From positions 15,825 through 79,824 of the IMG/VR virus record IMGVR_UViG_3300028800_000073: 64,000 nucleotides of DNA; one strand, 5' to 3'. The position numbers and the translations under genes are program-made. Positions 20,321 to 29,938 of this stretch are shown here, one piece after another. Each line of letters begins with the position of its first letter. Position 1 is the first letter of the stretch. Source of the stretch: a virus. Below the pieces are notes generated by a model that was given only the letters and a program-made list of their open reading frames with translations, had not been told where the DNA came from and made no database searches.

Positions 20321-20592
20321 TAGAGGAACTCAGTGCGGAGGGTGATTTCACCGTCATACTGATCCTCGTTATACCAGTACTCGTCGTACTCATGTGCCTG
20401 TTTGATAGCATCCGCTACTTCACCGTCCGTTACCTCGGAGCCCAAAACACCAGCTACGGCGTAGTCGAAGTTCTCTACGGCGTCCTTCTCTTTCCTGAAT
20501 AAAGCAGCATCGATCTCGTCACCACGGCGGTGTGTTACCACCCATATCCGTATTGGTATCTTTACTGACTTAGTTTTCTTAGCTTTAGCCAT
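20317..20592 (-). CDS. small hypothetical protein (paralog of 20039-20320)
   Basis: Same shared pattern as 20039-20320. Confidence 0.55.
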   Translation of the reverse strand: MAKAKKTKSVKIPIRIWVVTHRRGDEIDAALFRKEKDAVENFDYAVAGVLGSEVTDGEVADAIKQAHEYDEYWYNEDQYDGEITLRTEFLY

Positions 20593-20593
20593 G

Positions 20594-22048
20594 TTATTCC
20601 TTTGGTAGATGACTGGATTTGTCTTCTTTGTCCAACTTGCTGTTCAGCCTATTGGACTTCGCGGCAATCTCGAATTGGTGACTACAATCAACGAACTGAC
20701 TCAACTCACCTTTGAGCTTGATCGGTATTTTGACATCGGGGATGTCGTCACGGGCCTTAGCGATCTTAAAGATCGATATACCTGTTGTACTGTCCCTGGG
20801 ATTGATGACGAAGGCGTACTTCATCATTTCGGTAAATGAGTTACAATCCATACCGCAGTAGTGATCGTTCTCGGCACGAGCACCCATCTTGAAGTTCTTA
20901 GCAGCCATCTGGTGGCTAATCGAAATGATGATGTTGTTCCTAGCGGCGCACTGAGCTATTTCACTTTGTAATAGCTTCAGGGCATCGTACTTCGACTTCA
21001 GGGCCTTGTTGCCACGTTGCAGCATCCGATCAGCGATGGGGCCTGCCCAGTCTACGTAGACATAGGCTAAGTCACTGTTACTGAGCTTCTTAGCACTGAT
21101 CTCACCGGTAATAGCATCTAAGTCACCACTGTTCTTTACTAAGTCAAGGACGTGGACGTACTTATCAACCGCAGCGAAGCGCTTAGCAATCGCCACTGGG
21201 TTCTCTGACGCCTTGGCTATGACATCCAAATCGTCCTTAGCTGCCTCTAGAGCTACCGTTGATACCCCAATGGCACAGGAGATGATTCTCCGCTTGATGG
21301 CCTGTGATAGGCCTTCCTCGGCTAACACCAATAGGGTGTGCCTTTCCTGAAGCGCTTGAGCAATAGCCATTTGAATACCCATAGCAGTCTTGCCGACGCC
21401 TTGTCCAGCAATGATGGCTATACCACAACCATTTACCGGTCCCCTACCATTACCGAGACGAGCGTCTAGCCAGGGTATCCCAGAACTAACGCGTTCACCA
21501 GCCGCTGGGGATGGGGTAGAGATGATATTGTTAAACGATAGACCACCGGAGATCGCAGCTTGTTTAGCTTCGATATCCTGGATCTGCTTTCCGAGTCCTT
21601 CAAGGTTCTTATGACTCAGAGCACTGCTAAGGAGTTCTTCCATGGCTGGGCCGTGGATGCACTTCTCAGCGATGGACTTAATCATGCCCCGAACATGGGG
21701 TTCACTACGGGCATCAACGTTTGGCCGGTAGCGTTTGAACTGAGCGAACTCCTCTTGAATGTCCTCTAGGACCTCGGGGCGTCCACTAGCAGATAGAGCA
21801 CAGAACCGTGCTAGCTCAGCTAAGAAGATGCCGTCATCGGGGCATATCTTGTGGGCGTCATAGTAGTCCTTAATGATTCGATAGATTAGTGCCTGCCCTC
21901 GGGTTGCTCCGGCAGACTTAAGATGTTCAGGCATAATCAACTGGCATGCTAGTTCAGCTATGCTAGGAGACCGTAGTACCTGAGCTAAAAAGATCCGGAA
22001 GTGCTCAGGTAAGAGAACTTCCCAGATCCTTAATTCTTGCGTCACCAA
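20594..22048 (-). CDS. DnaB-like replicative helicase
   Basis: SGIPWLD, Walker A AGQGVGKT, LAEE, VYVDW, ISHQ, KAR. Confidence 0.85.
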   Translation of the reverse strand: MVTQELRIWEVLLPEHFRIFLAQVLRSPSIAELACQLIMPEHLKSAGATRGQALIYRIIKDYYDAHKICPDDGIFLAELARFCALSASGRPEVLEDIQEEFAQFKRYRPNVDARSEPHVRGMIKSIAEKCIHGPAMEELLSSALSHKNLEGLGKQIQDIEAKQAAISGGLSFNNIISTPSPAAGERVSSGIPWLDARLGNGRGPVNGCGIAIIAGQGVGKTAMGIQMAIAQALQERHTLLVLAEEGLSQAIKRRIISCAIGVSTVALEAAKDDLDVIAKASENPVAIAKRFAAVDKYVHVLDLVKNSGDLDAITGEISAKKLSNSDLAYVYVDWAGPIADRMLQRGNKALKSKYDALKLLQSEIAQCAARNNIIISISHQMAAKNFKMGARAENDHYCGMDCNSFTEMMKYAFVINPRDSTTGISIFKIAKARDDIPDVKIPIKLKGELSQFVDCSHQFEIAAKSNRLNSKLDKEDKSSHLPKE

Positions 22049-22604
22049 AGACCTCTCGGGCTGAGGGTGTATTGAGTAGTTCCTGGAGTGCCGCCGCTGC
22101 GAAGGTATGGGCCAATGCCTTCATACCGTACTCCTGGGCTACGACGTACTTGAATAACGGAGAAAAATCATTCGCTTGATCCGTGAGAGCATTGAGTGGA
22201 CCGTAGAGCTTGCACCGCGAATCGAAGAGTGCAAGTTGAGCCTTATAATGCCTTATAACGTCTAATTTTATGTCACCACCATCGTCACCGGCATCCGCTG
22301 TCACTTCAGAGTAGATCAACTTCGGATAGAACTTACCGGTGACAGCCATACCTCTTAGCTGCTTAGTCACGAATACTTTAGGATCCTCTTTACGACTATG
22401 ACAGATGACTGCTGCTCTATAGAACGCTGTTGCGTGCTTCTTAGAGAGCGGTGGGGTTCCACCGACATACTGGGGATACAGTGTCACGAAGGTGTCGTGC
22501 AGCTCTTGGGCTAAGTCGACTAGCGTTGGACGTGGTGCAATGTGACGCCCTTTGTCGTCCTTAAGTTCAAGAGTCTCAAGCGCGGCTTTAATGTTGATGC
22601 GCAT
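22005..22604 (-). CDS. hypothetical protein (replication-associated by position)
   Basis: 199 aa between SF2 helicase and DnaB. Confidence 0.55.
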   Translation of the reverse strand: MRINIKAALETLELKDDKGRHIAPRPTLVDLAQELHDTFVTLYPQYVGGTPPLSKKHATAFYRAAVICHSRKEDPKVFVTKQLRGMAVTGKFYPKLIYSEVTADAGDDGGDIKLDVIRHYKAQLALFDSRCKLYGPLNALTDQANDFSPLFKYVVAQEYGMKALAHTFAAAALQELLNTPSAREVFGDARIKDLGSSLT

Positions 22605-22606
22605 GT

Positions 22607-24058
22607 TTAATCTCTAAAGGTGATGTTCCAACCATTATTCTTGTACGCCTTAATACGAGCTTTAGACCGGGACAACAGATTTCCACTGAAACTATCGTAG
22701 AAGTCCACTAGGATGCCTACGCTTTTATCTGTTGTTTTACCTAAACGACTCAACCGACCGGGGATCTGATTAGCCGCAATAGAAGACGCTAAGCCATCAG
22801 CGCGGACGAGACCCGCTAGTTCGCGGAAGTCTACGCCCTTATCCCAGACACGGGTAGAAATGACTCGTTTCAACTCGTTCCTTTCGAATGCCTTTCTATG
22901 GGCATCACGATCTTTGGTACTACACAGGATTTGCTCCTTAGTCATAGCGCCATTAGCCAACAATTCTTCTGTGCGTTCCTTTGGTAGGACCCCGGTCACA
23001 ATGGTGTAACCCGGTAAGGACTGCCCCAGAAGATAGGCATGCTCGATCTTGTCGACCATGACTAAGATCTGTGCTTCAGGGCCTAGCTCTTCTTCGAGTT
23101 CTTTAACAGCTCGAATAACAAGCTTATTCCTATCATTGTTCCGAATAATGCCCAGGCGATCAGCGGTTGCTTTGTTGCTAATGCCACTGACATCAGGGCC
23201 AACTGGAGAGCGATATATACGGGCATCGATTTGTACAATGTTTCCATGAGCTACGCCTTCTTGGTAACTAACATCAGATATAATGGGGCCAAACATACAC
23301 TCCATAAAGCCATCGGCACCATCACTACGTCCTTCCGGGGTGGCAGTCAGGCCGAACATCTTGGCTTTCGTAAAGCGGTTCAACAGCTTGATGTACGATG
23401 TTGTACACAACGTATGAGCTTCGTCACAGAGTACCAAATTGGCATCTCTGGGGCAATGCTCCAAACTCTTTGCTACTGCTATAGTTACGCGACCAGGATG
23501 CTGTCCACCGGTACCACAGAATCCCAGGTCGGGGATGTCGAACTTCAAATCGTCAAAGATTCCCTTAGCAATGTCTAAGGACGTGACTGTTACGACGATC
23601 TTCGACGTAGGATACACCCGAGCCAATTGCTTCGCCAAGAAGGATTTGCCATAGCCCATTGGGCATTTGATGATCCCACTCCTGTGGGCCAGCAGACTAG
23701 CAAAGACCTCGTTCTGGCGGTGACGCCATTCAATACCTTTTAAGACACTCAAATTTGGGTCAGGTAGTCCGCAGGGTCTCCGGTCGTCATAGACTATCTC
23801 CATGCCCAACTTCTGGAGACCCCCGACTATCCTTGGGACGTACCCGATGTAGGTGACGAAGACCTCTTCATTGCTGACGGGGTCCTTGTCGTACCAATAC
23901 ATCGGGTGCGGTACCGCTACTCTGGTACGCTTCCAATGGTTCTCCGGTGACGGGTTTTCACTCTTCATTACCGTCACCGTACAGTCGCTCTCGAAAGCCT
24001 TACCTAGAGCGGCAGGCCTTAGTAGCATCAACCTGCCGTTGTAGGTTATATTGATCAC
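22607..24058 (-). CDS. superfamily 2 DNA helicase (UvsW-like)
   Basis: PMGYGKS, DEAH, TATP, GVD, QIPGRLSR. Confidence 0.9.
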   Translation of the reverse strand: MINITYNGRLMLLRPAALGKAFESDCTVTVMKSENPSPENHWKRTRVAVPHPMYWYDKDPVSNEEVFVTYIGYVPRIVGGLQKLGMEIVYDDRRPCGLPDPNLSVLKGIEWRHRQNEVFASLLAHRSGIIKCPMGYGKSFLAKQLARVYPTSKIVVTVTSLDIAKGIFDDLKFDIPDLGFCGTGGQHPGRVTIAVAKSLEHCPRDANLVLCDEAHTLCTTSYIKLLNRFTKAKMFGLTATPEGRSDGADGFMECMFGPIISDVSYQEGVAHGNIVQIDARIYRSPVGPDVSGISNKATADRLGIIRNNDRNKLVIRAVKELEEELGPEAQILVMVDKIEHAYLLGQSLPGYTIVTGVLPKERTEELLANGAMTKEQILCSTKDRDAHRKAFERNELKRVISTRVWDKGVDFRELAGLVRADGLASSIAANQIPGRLSRLGKTTDKSVGILVDFYDSFSGNLLSRSKARIKAYKNNGWNITFRD

Positions 24059-24064
24059 AGTCCC

Positions 24065-24250
24065 TTACCTTCCGTATTCATGCAGTACCCGTGTTTTAAC
24101 TAGTCGATATTCTATGACCGCCTCTGGATCTTCAATGACTACTCTACGACAGGTGGGGCAGAAGTACAAAGAAGCTACCTCATGAACCATATGCTCTTGC
24201 ATCATATCCCCACAACTACACCCCACACTGTCTTGTCCACACCGGCTCAT
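24065..24250 (-). CDS. small Zn-ribbon protein
   Basis: CSCG...FCPTC. Confidence 0.5.
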   Translation of the reverse strand: MSRCGQDSVGCSCGDMMQEHMVHEVASLYFCPTCRRVVIEDPEAVIEYRLVKTRVLHEYGR

Positions 24251-24933
24251 CGCGCCGCCGCTGCTACCGCTACTGTCTTAGGGGTGTTGAACAGTTCTAG
24301 GGACAATAGATTCAAATTAAAGTCCTTTTCTAATGACATACCCCGTAGGTACTTAGAGAACTGACTAACCATCAGACCAGCCGCGATATTGGCTGTGAAG
24401 ATGGTGGACTTAGCGGTACAACTCCCTTGGAAGGCATCCTCTGCTGCAAATAGGCTATCACCATACGAGGGGGTAACGAAGTTGTCTTCGGTCACCACGC
24501 GAATGGTCTCAGCCGACATGCGGGCGTCAATGAACACCTCAGTCTCGGGAAGCTTAGCAACCGTAGCGAAGATCTTACCTCTTGTGGTAATATCGTCGAC
24601 ACAGCAGAAATAGATATCACCCTTAACTGCGTCACAGAACCGCATGTCATGAGCCGTAGTAGCTCCGGGGTTGAGCCCCTCACAATCAACAAGAAGAGCA
24701 TCGACCTTCTTCTTACCGACGTCCCCGGGCCTAAAGCCCTGGGGACCGACATTGACGATGTCAACGGTGTCGAAATCAACGATGTTCAATTTACCGATGC
24801 CACAGGCAGATAGCTGGAGAGCTACCTGCCTGCCAATGGCGCCGACTCCAATAACAACAGCCGCAGTCGCCTTGAGATCTGCGGTTGGCAGCAAAGTAGA
24901 CTGCCTATCGAACCGTGTTGGTTCAGTAGCCAT
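24247..24933 (-). CDS. ThiF/E1-like ubiquitin-like activating enzyme (cassette 1)
   Basis: RFDRQ, VIGVGAIG, DFDTVDIVN...Q, KKKVDA, CCVD, IDARM; candidate thioester Cys in GSCTAK; no Zn CxxC pairs. Confidence 0.9.
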   Translation of the reverse strand: MATEPTRFDRQSTLLPTADLKATAAVVIGVGAIGRQVALQLSACGIGKLNIVDFDTVDIVNVGPQGFRPGDVGKKKVDALLVDCEGLNPGATTAHDMRFCDAVKGDIYFCCVDDITTRGKIFATVAKLPETEVFIDARMSAETIRVVTEDNFVTPSYGDSLFAAEDAFQGSCTAKSTIFTANIAAGLMVSQFSKYLRGMSLEKDFNLNLLSLELFNTPKTVAVAAAAR

Positions 24934-26378
24934 TAGGATTCCCCTAGCATGATTTGAGTTTCTTCTTCGCTCGCCGGCTTAGCCGGTGGAGTGCCGCAAT
25001 ACTCAATGAATGAACCACCATTCTCGATAACATCACTTTCGTCGTACATATCCTGGATCTGGAACAGAGCCGCATCAGCAGTCAGCTCGCCAGATACGAC
25101 TTTCTCAGCCAATAGCATCTCATCGTGGGTCAGGATGAGGGCATCACAGGCGTCTACGGAGCCACGTAGCTGCCATAGACAGTTAGCCCGAACCTTCTTG
25201 TACACATTCGTGACGATGTCGCCGGTAATGACGGTATCACCGTACTTCCGGGTATGCGTCAGATTGTTCATTGCTCTCTCGAAATCATCACGCTCAGCGT
25301 TGATGTTCTCTTCGAAGTCAACAAATGCCCACGCCTGACTAAACGGCAAATCGTAGAACGTCTCACCACGAGACAGCGTAAACCGCTGAGTCCCGTTTGT
25401 TACATTTATGACTTCCTTGAAACCATACTCCTTGAGATACTCTACTCTTTCTGGCGTGGAAGGCGGAACCCACTTAAGCTGCTCCATAGACCAGAGAGCG
25501 TCAACGTACGTACCCTCTGCAAGAGTGGGGGGCGTGACGCCACCTTGTTGTCTGGGAAACGGAATCGTGGACAGTGCCTCCTCCCCATGGGACTTGGCGC
25601 CAATTATGATTTCCTGAGTAATCTCCGCGACTGCGTCAGTAATCGCCTGCTGCGTCGGAGTCGTCTCCTGACGAAGAGCGAGATTCTCCCGTGCAGCAGC
25701 TCTAGCGGCCCGCTTCTGCTGCTTCTTGCTAAGAGGCATCTGCTGCTGTACCTGCTTGCCCCAGTACCCACTTGGGAGCTGTGAGCGCCCCTTGTAGCCA
25801 CCACGGGTATCTGCGTCTTCACCGTAACCACCATAGGCATAGCCCTGGACAGTAATCTTGGGGGTGATCTCTGCCTTCCACTCAGCGTGATTAGCGCCCT
25901 TGAAGTCAGTGGTAAGAGTCAGCTCCTCCTTGAGCATCATCTGGAGGTTAACATCATTGCCAAGGGATACTCGAATACGGGCATAGAGCGGGCCACCCTT
26001 AGGAAGGATAACCATCATTGCCCATGGCATGGAGCCAAAGGATTCAGCGAAAATATTCTCATCGTGCTGCGACGGATTCAGGCATCCAGACGGGTGGGTG
26101 TGGATGTAGATACGTCCAACCTGATGGGGCTTCAACTTATGCGGCCCCTCGGGGTCACAGTACTTCATGAACATGTTGTCAGCGATATCCGCTGCGTCCA
26201 TGTCAACGAATACCGTGGAACACTTCTGCTTCGGAATATACAGATCGGTAACCAAGAATGGGTCAGCCGTTTCAGCTAGACCCATGGCTCCGACTTCATG
26301 GTTATAATGATCGCAGATGAATTGGAGCTTAGCCCGAGCATACGGGGTAAACTTGAGCGTGATGCCGGTGATGTTCAT
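24933..26378 (-). CDS. JAB/MPN metallopeptidase (deubiquitinase-like) with long C-terminal extension (cassette 1)
   Basis: EVGAMG...IHTHPSGCLNPSQHD = E...HxH...SxxD JAMM motif. Confidence 0.85.
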   Translation of the reverse strand: MNITGITLKFTPYARAKLQFICDHYNHEVGAMGLAETADPFLVTDLYIPKQKCSTVFVDMDAADIADNMFMKYCDPEGPHKLKPHQVGRIYIHTHPSGCLNPSQHDENIFAESFGSMPWAMMVILPKGGPLYARIRVSLGNDVNLQMMLKEELTLTTDFKGANHAEWKAEITPKITVQGYAYGGYGEDADTRGGYKGRSQLPSGYWGKQVQQQMPLSKKQQKRAARAAARENLALRQETTPTQQAITDAVAEITQEIIIGAKSHGEEALSTIPFPRQQGGVTPPTLAEGTYVDALWSMEQLKWVPPSTPERVEYLKEYGFKEVINVTNGTQRFTLSRGETFYDLPFSQAWAFVDFEENINAERDDFERAMNNLTHTRKYGDTVITGDIVTNVYKKVRANCLWQLRGSVDACDALILTHDEMLLAEKVVSGELTADAALFQIQDMYDESDVIENGGSFIEYCGTPPAKPASEEETQIMLGES

Positions 26379-26383
26379 TGTGT

Positions 26384-28780
26384 TTATCTTGATGGGGTTT
26401 CGGATATAGCGGGTGCTGCCGTAATGAAGTCTACGTGTGCTAGCCTACAGAGCGTATCAGCAACAACCTCAATTGTAAGACCAGAACGGAAGGTACCATG
26501 GTCATTAAGAGCGCTCCTGAGCCGATGAATGGTTTCATACCAGTCAACGGATTCCCAGTCTTCGAGTTCTGAGCTATCCTCTTCAAAATCTTCATCCTTA
26601 ACAAGTACTAGATCCATGATATACGCCTGAGGCACGAAATGCTGCAACAGAGTCATCAAATAAGCTTCCCGCATACCGGGTTGGCATACCGCGTCTGATA
26701 GGCCCACTGAAGATGGGTCACAGGTCTTACAGGTCTCGGTATTCATGATCTCATCGAAGGCAACAATGGTATTGTTGAAAACAGCATCGGACAAATTTAT
26801 TTCGCCTAGTGTGGCACCACAGCTTGGGCAATTGCACCCCGGCGTTGGAGCTACTACTGGGAACGCTACAGTGGAATCCGCTTCAATAGCCGCACGTTGA
26901 GCCTCTATAACTGCACGCTGAGCCTCGCGGGCTACTCGTGCTGCCTCACGCTGAGCAGCTTCTAATGCTAGTCTAGCCTCTATCTCTTTGTTAACACAGT
27001 TCGCGCAGATACAAGTGCTGCCTTGATTACGACCGTGGTAGCGCCTGGAATCATATCTGGTATTACACGTTGCACACGGCTTGATATAGCGCTTATCAAT
27101 CGACTGTTTACTGATACCACAGACCTCAGTGCAATTCGGGCACATATGGATATCGGCATGCGGATCACGCTTCCTGGTCTCAGCGACAAGGGGCGTAGTA
27201 CAGATATCACAGCGATCCATATCGGACCAATTATCAAGACTGATATATGGCGAACGGCCATACGTCATCAAGATGCGCTCGATATATTGGAATAGATCCG
27301 CGATTAGTCCATTACGCATCAGGTTGCCAGCGGTAGCTAGACCCTCACCGAAACATAGGTGCGTACCCTCAACGTGGGGGTGCGACCAGCTTGTCCCGCG
27401 TTCACGCCTGGGGAAATGCGGGGTAAGCGCCTTAATCCTACAGACTCTATCGACATTACGCTGTGTATCTCCACAGGCATAACCGAAGTCATACGCTGCG
27501 ATGATAATAGCGAACTTATTGAACTTAATCGGGATCTTTCTATCGTCCATCAGTTCGACATCTTCGGTTACGAACTTGATACCAATGGGTGCTACTCCAT
27601 TGTCTATCATGGAACCCTCTTCATGGAACTGAAGAGCCTTGGCACGCATCAAGGTGGCGCACTCAACGATGAACCGATCAATGACGTCTTGCGACGGACG
27701 AGGCGGTTCCACGTTGTAGGGGTTCTCACCATTTTTAATGGCCAGCAATTCGTCTAGCACCTTCTTCTTCATGTCATTAGAGAAAGCTTCACGAAGAATA
27801 GTGGGCAGCTTCTGGGCACTCTCGCCGCAGCAGAACAGGCCGTGCCAATGGGCTAACACATTAGTGACGCGTTGGAAATTCCCAGCGTTACCATTTGCTG
27901 CGCCCTTCTTGAGCCCCTCTTCGTAACCGAAATAGAAGTTCTGCACTACTTTAATGAGTTTGTCTAAATCCTCGATGGCATCAGGAACTAGCCTGCGCAC
28001 CGTCGAGTCTACAGCAGTTCCCTGCTCTGTGTTCAGTGTTCTCACTTGTCTTTCCTGTGGTGTTACTACTGCAATAGCGCTTCTGTCTGATCCCGTACTA
28101 GCGAAGTCGGTACTTACGCTGAAAATTCTGGGAGCGTCGCTACTCACCATAAACATATGCGGTGGTATGCCCATAGCCCGGGTGTAGTCACTTAATGTAG
28201 CCCGCAATGGACCTTCTTCTACTACCATGTGAGCCGGAATCGGCTGGATCGGAGGCGCCATTGGTTCTAACGCCTCCTGAATAGCACGGAGACTAGCAGC
28301 CGCAGATGCAGGGCTGGGGAAGGCGCCAGTTAAGTCGCCACCGACAGTACCAACTGTATTGTTCGCCCCAGCTGCTCGCTGGCTTTCAATGGCGTGCATA
28401 ATCTCACGACCATCAGCGTTAATCTCGTCCATCACAGTATGATTAGCCGGTCTACCACGTATCGTAAAAACATCCCCGGGGCGGATCTGAGTCATTACGG
28501 GAGCGCGGCTATTATCCAGTAGAACGCGGTTGACTTCGTCTCTAAACTGTACTTCGCTTAACGGCACTGGTACTGGGCGGTTAAGTGCCCTATCTACAAT
28601 ATTTGTCGAAGCGTTATCACCGAACTGTTCTCTCCAGGCGCTCTGGCGTACCAAAAGCTCATCTAAGACATCTCGTGACATATTCGGGAATCGCTCCCGT
28701 AAATTAGGGGGATGCCTGAAATAGTCCAGAGCGTCCTGGAGCATGTCATCCGGTGAGGAAAAAGGGTTGAACTCACTCAC
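26384..28780 (-). CDS. prokaryotic E2-like conjugating enzyme fused to Cys-rich Zn-finger region (cassette 1)
   Basis: HPHVEGTHLCFGEG (HPH/N-x-C UBC-type signature), ..ILMTY..SPY..LDNW; followed by several CxxC pairs and a coiled coil. Confidence 0.75.
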   Translation of the reverse strand: MSEFNPFSSPDDMLQDALDYFRHPPNLRERFPNMSRDVLDELLVRQSAWREQFGDNASTNIVDRALNRPVPVPLSEVQFRDEVNRVLLDNSRAPVMTQIRPGDVFTIRGRPANHTVMDEINADGREIMHAIESQRAAGANNTVGTVGGDLTGAFPSPASAAASLRAIQEALEPMAPPIQPIPAHMVVEEGPLRATLSDYTRAMGIPPHMFMVSSDAPRIFSVSTDFASTGSDRSAIAVVTPQERQVRTLNTEQGTAVDSTVRRLVPDAIEDLDKLIKVVQNFYFGYEEGLKKGAANGNAGNFQRVTNVLAHWHGLFCCGESAQKLPTILREAFSNDMKKKVLDELLAIKNGENPYNVEPPRPSQDVIDRFIVECATLMRAKALQFHEEGSMIDNGVAPIGIKFVTEDVELMDDRKIPIKFNKFAIIIAAYDFGYACGDTQRNVDRVCRIKALTPHFPRRERGTSWSHPHVEGTHLCFGEGLATAGNLMRNGLIADLFQYIERILMTYGRSPYISLDNWSDMDRCDICTTPLVAETRKRDPHADIHMCPNCTEVCGISKQSIDKRYIKPCATCNTRYDSRRYHGRNQGSTCICANCVNKEIEARLALEAAQREAARVAREAQRAVIEAQRAAIEADSTVAFPVVAPTPGCNCPSCGATLGEINLSDAVFNNTIVAFDEIMNTETCKTCDPSSVGLSDAVCQPGMREAYLMTLLQHFVPQAYIMDLVLVKDEDFEEDSSELEDWESVDWYETIHRLRSALNDHGTFRSGLTIEVVADTLCRLAHVDFITAAPAISETPSR

Positions 28781-29070
28781 GTCTTCCTCGACAACTTCTC
28801 AAGCGCAGCATCTAGCCCTTTGACTCTGAACTCGCTGACATCTCCTTCATGGTTACAAAGACCACAAACGCATAGGCTATGCTCGTGAAAGTCGAATTCG
28901 GCCATGTCGACCATTATTCCTTTACTGTCAAAAATACCTACACATACGCCGCCTATCTCAAAACGAGATCTACCTCCGCATCCCGGGCAGATCAGGTCTT
29001 GGGATGTGCCCCGGTTTATGTCGTTTTTCGTTAATCTGAACTTCGTTATTACTTCATTGGGGTCATTCAT
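28777..29070 (-). CDS. Zn-ribbon protein
   Basis: CPGCG...CGLCNHEG. Confidence 0.6.
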   Translation of the reverse strand: MNDPNEVITKFRLTKNDINRGTSQDLICPGCGGRSRFEIGGVCVGIFDSKGIMVDMAEFDFHEHSLCVCGLCNHEGDVSEFRVKGLDAALEKLSRKT

Positions 29071-29864
29071 TACTTACCTACGATAGTGAACTTCTTTGCT
29101 AATTTAAGACGCTTCTGCAATGTCTCACGATCCCAACCCTGGCCCTTGGGCTTCGGCTTAGGGCTAAGCTGGAAAACCATAACCAATACACCTTCGCCAC
29201 CTACGCCTATACTAAGAGTTTCGAGATGCTTACCTACGTGTCCATTCTTATAGCAGCTGGACAACGTAAACTGAATGAAATCCTCCTCGCTCGGATTCGG
29301 AGTACCATAGTCCAGCACTGCGTTTTCTACTAACCCGGCTCTGTAGGAACTATACTTACAAGGCTTATTGAACGTTAGGAAGAGTAGCCCACCACGCTTC
29401 TTCATCATTGAAGTGAGACCTCTCTCTAATTGCCGAGCACAATCACCGTAGTCGTCGCAGGCTATAACATCGAATTTCCAGCTATCGCGATCAGCTATCT
29501 CGGCAAACTGGGCTGCCATAACTGTAAGCGCGTCGCCGTCTTCCTTGCGTCGGTTAACCATTTCAGAACAGAAGGGTCGGAAAGCCTTAGTCATCTCACC
29601 TTCCTGCCCATCATCCTTAAAAGCATGGGACTGATACAGAACTAGCCCGGATTTACCCTCCAGCCATTTTTGTATGAGTCCCTGTTTTTCGGTATGGTGC
29701 ATCGAAGGATGCCCAGTAGCCTTTTTCCATTGACGCCTGTAAATGTTAACCTTAGACAATTCCAAATTCAACTTCTCGCCAATCTCTTTGTTCGGTGCGC
29801 CGCTATGCATCATTGCAAATATTGCGTCACGAAGTTTAGTACCATCAGCTAGGCGTATAGTCAT
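29070..29864 (-). CDS. HTH protein with possible degenerate SAM-dependent methyltransferase domain
   Basis: N-terminal NKEIGEKLNLELSKVNIY HTH; KFDVIACDDYG and GGLLFLTF resemble class I MTase strands 4/5. Confidence 0.4.
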   Translation of the reverse strand: MTIRLADGTKLRDAIFAMMHSGAPNKEIGEKLNLELSKVNIYRRQWKKATGHPSMHHTEKQGLIQKWLEGKSGLVLYQSHAFKDDGQEGEMTKAFRPFCSEMVNRRKEDGDALTVMAAQFAEIADRDSWKFDVIACDDYGDCARQLERGLTSMMKKRGGLLFLTFNKPCKYSSYRAGLVENAVLDYGTPNPSEEDFIQFTLSSCYKNGHVGKHLETLSIGVGGEGVLVMVFQLSPKPKPKGQGWDRETLQKRLKLAKKFTIVGK

Positions 29865-29877
29865 GTTTTTTCCTATA

Positions 29878-29910
29878 GAAAAAGATGCCCCCGTGGGGTT
29901 ACCACGGGGG
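29878..29910 (-). terminator. intrinsic terminator after tri-Ubl gene
   Basis: Minus RNA CCCCCGUGG-UAACC-CCACGGGGG followed by CAUCUUUUU. Confidence 0.75.
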
Positions 29911-29938
29911 ACTTTGTGTTTACAGCGTACGAACTAAA

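Noticed and set aside
15861-24058. Inteins or introns in the polymerase or helicases
   Set aside because: ORFs are continuous, of normal length, and show no splice-junction or LAGLIDADG motifs.
28070-28130. Terminase-nuclease-like motif STDFASTGSDRSAIAVV inside the E2-1 N-terminus
   Set aside because: Short isolated resemblance without the rest of the RNase H fold.
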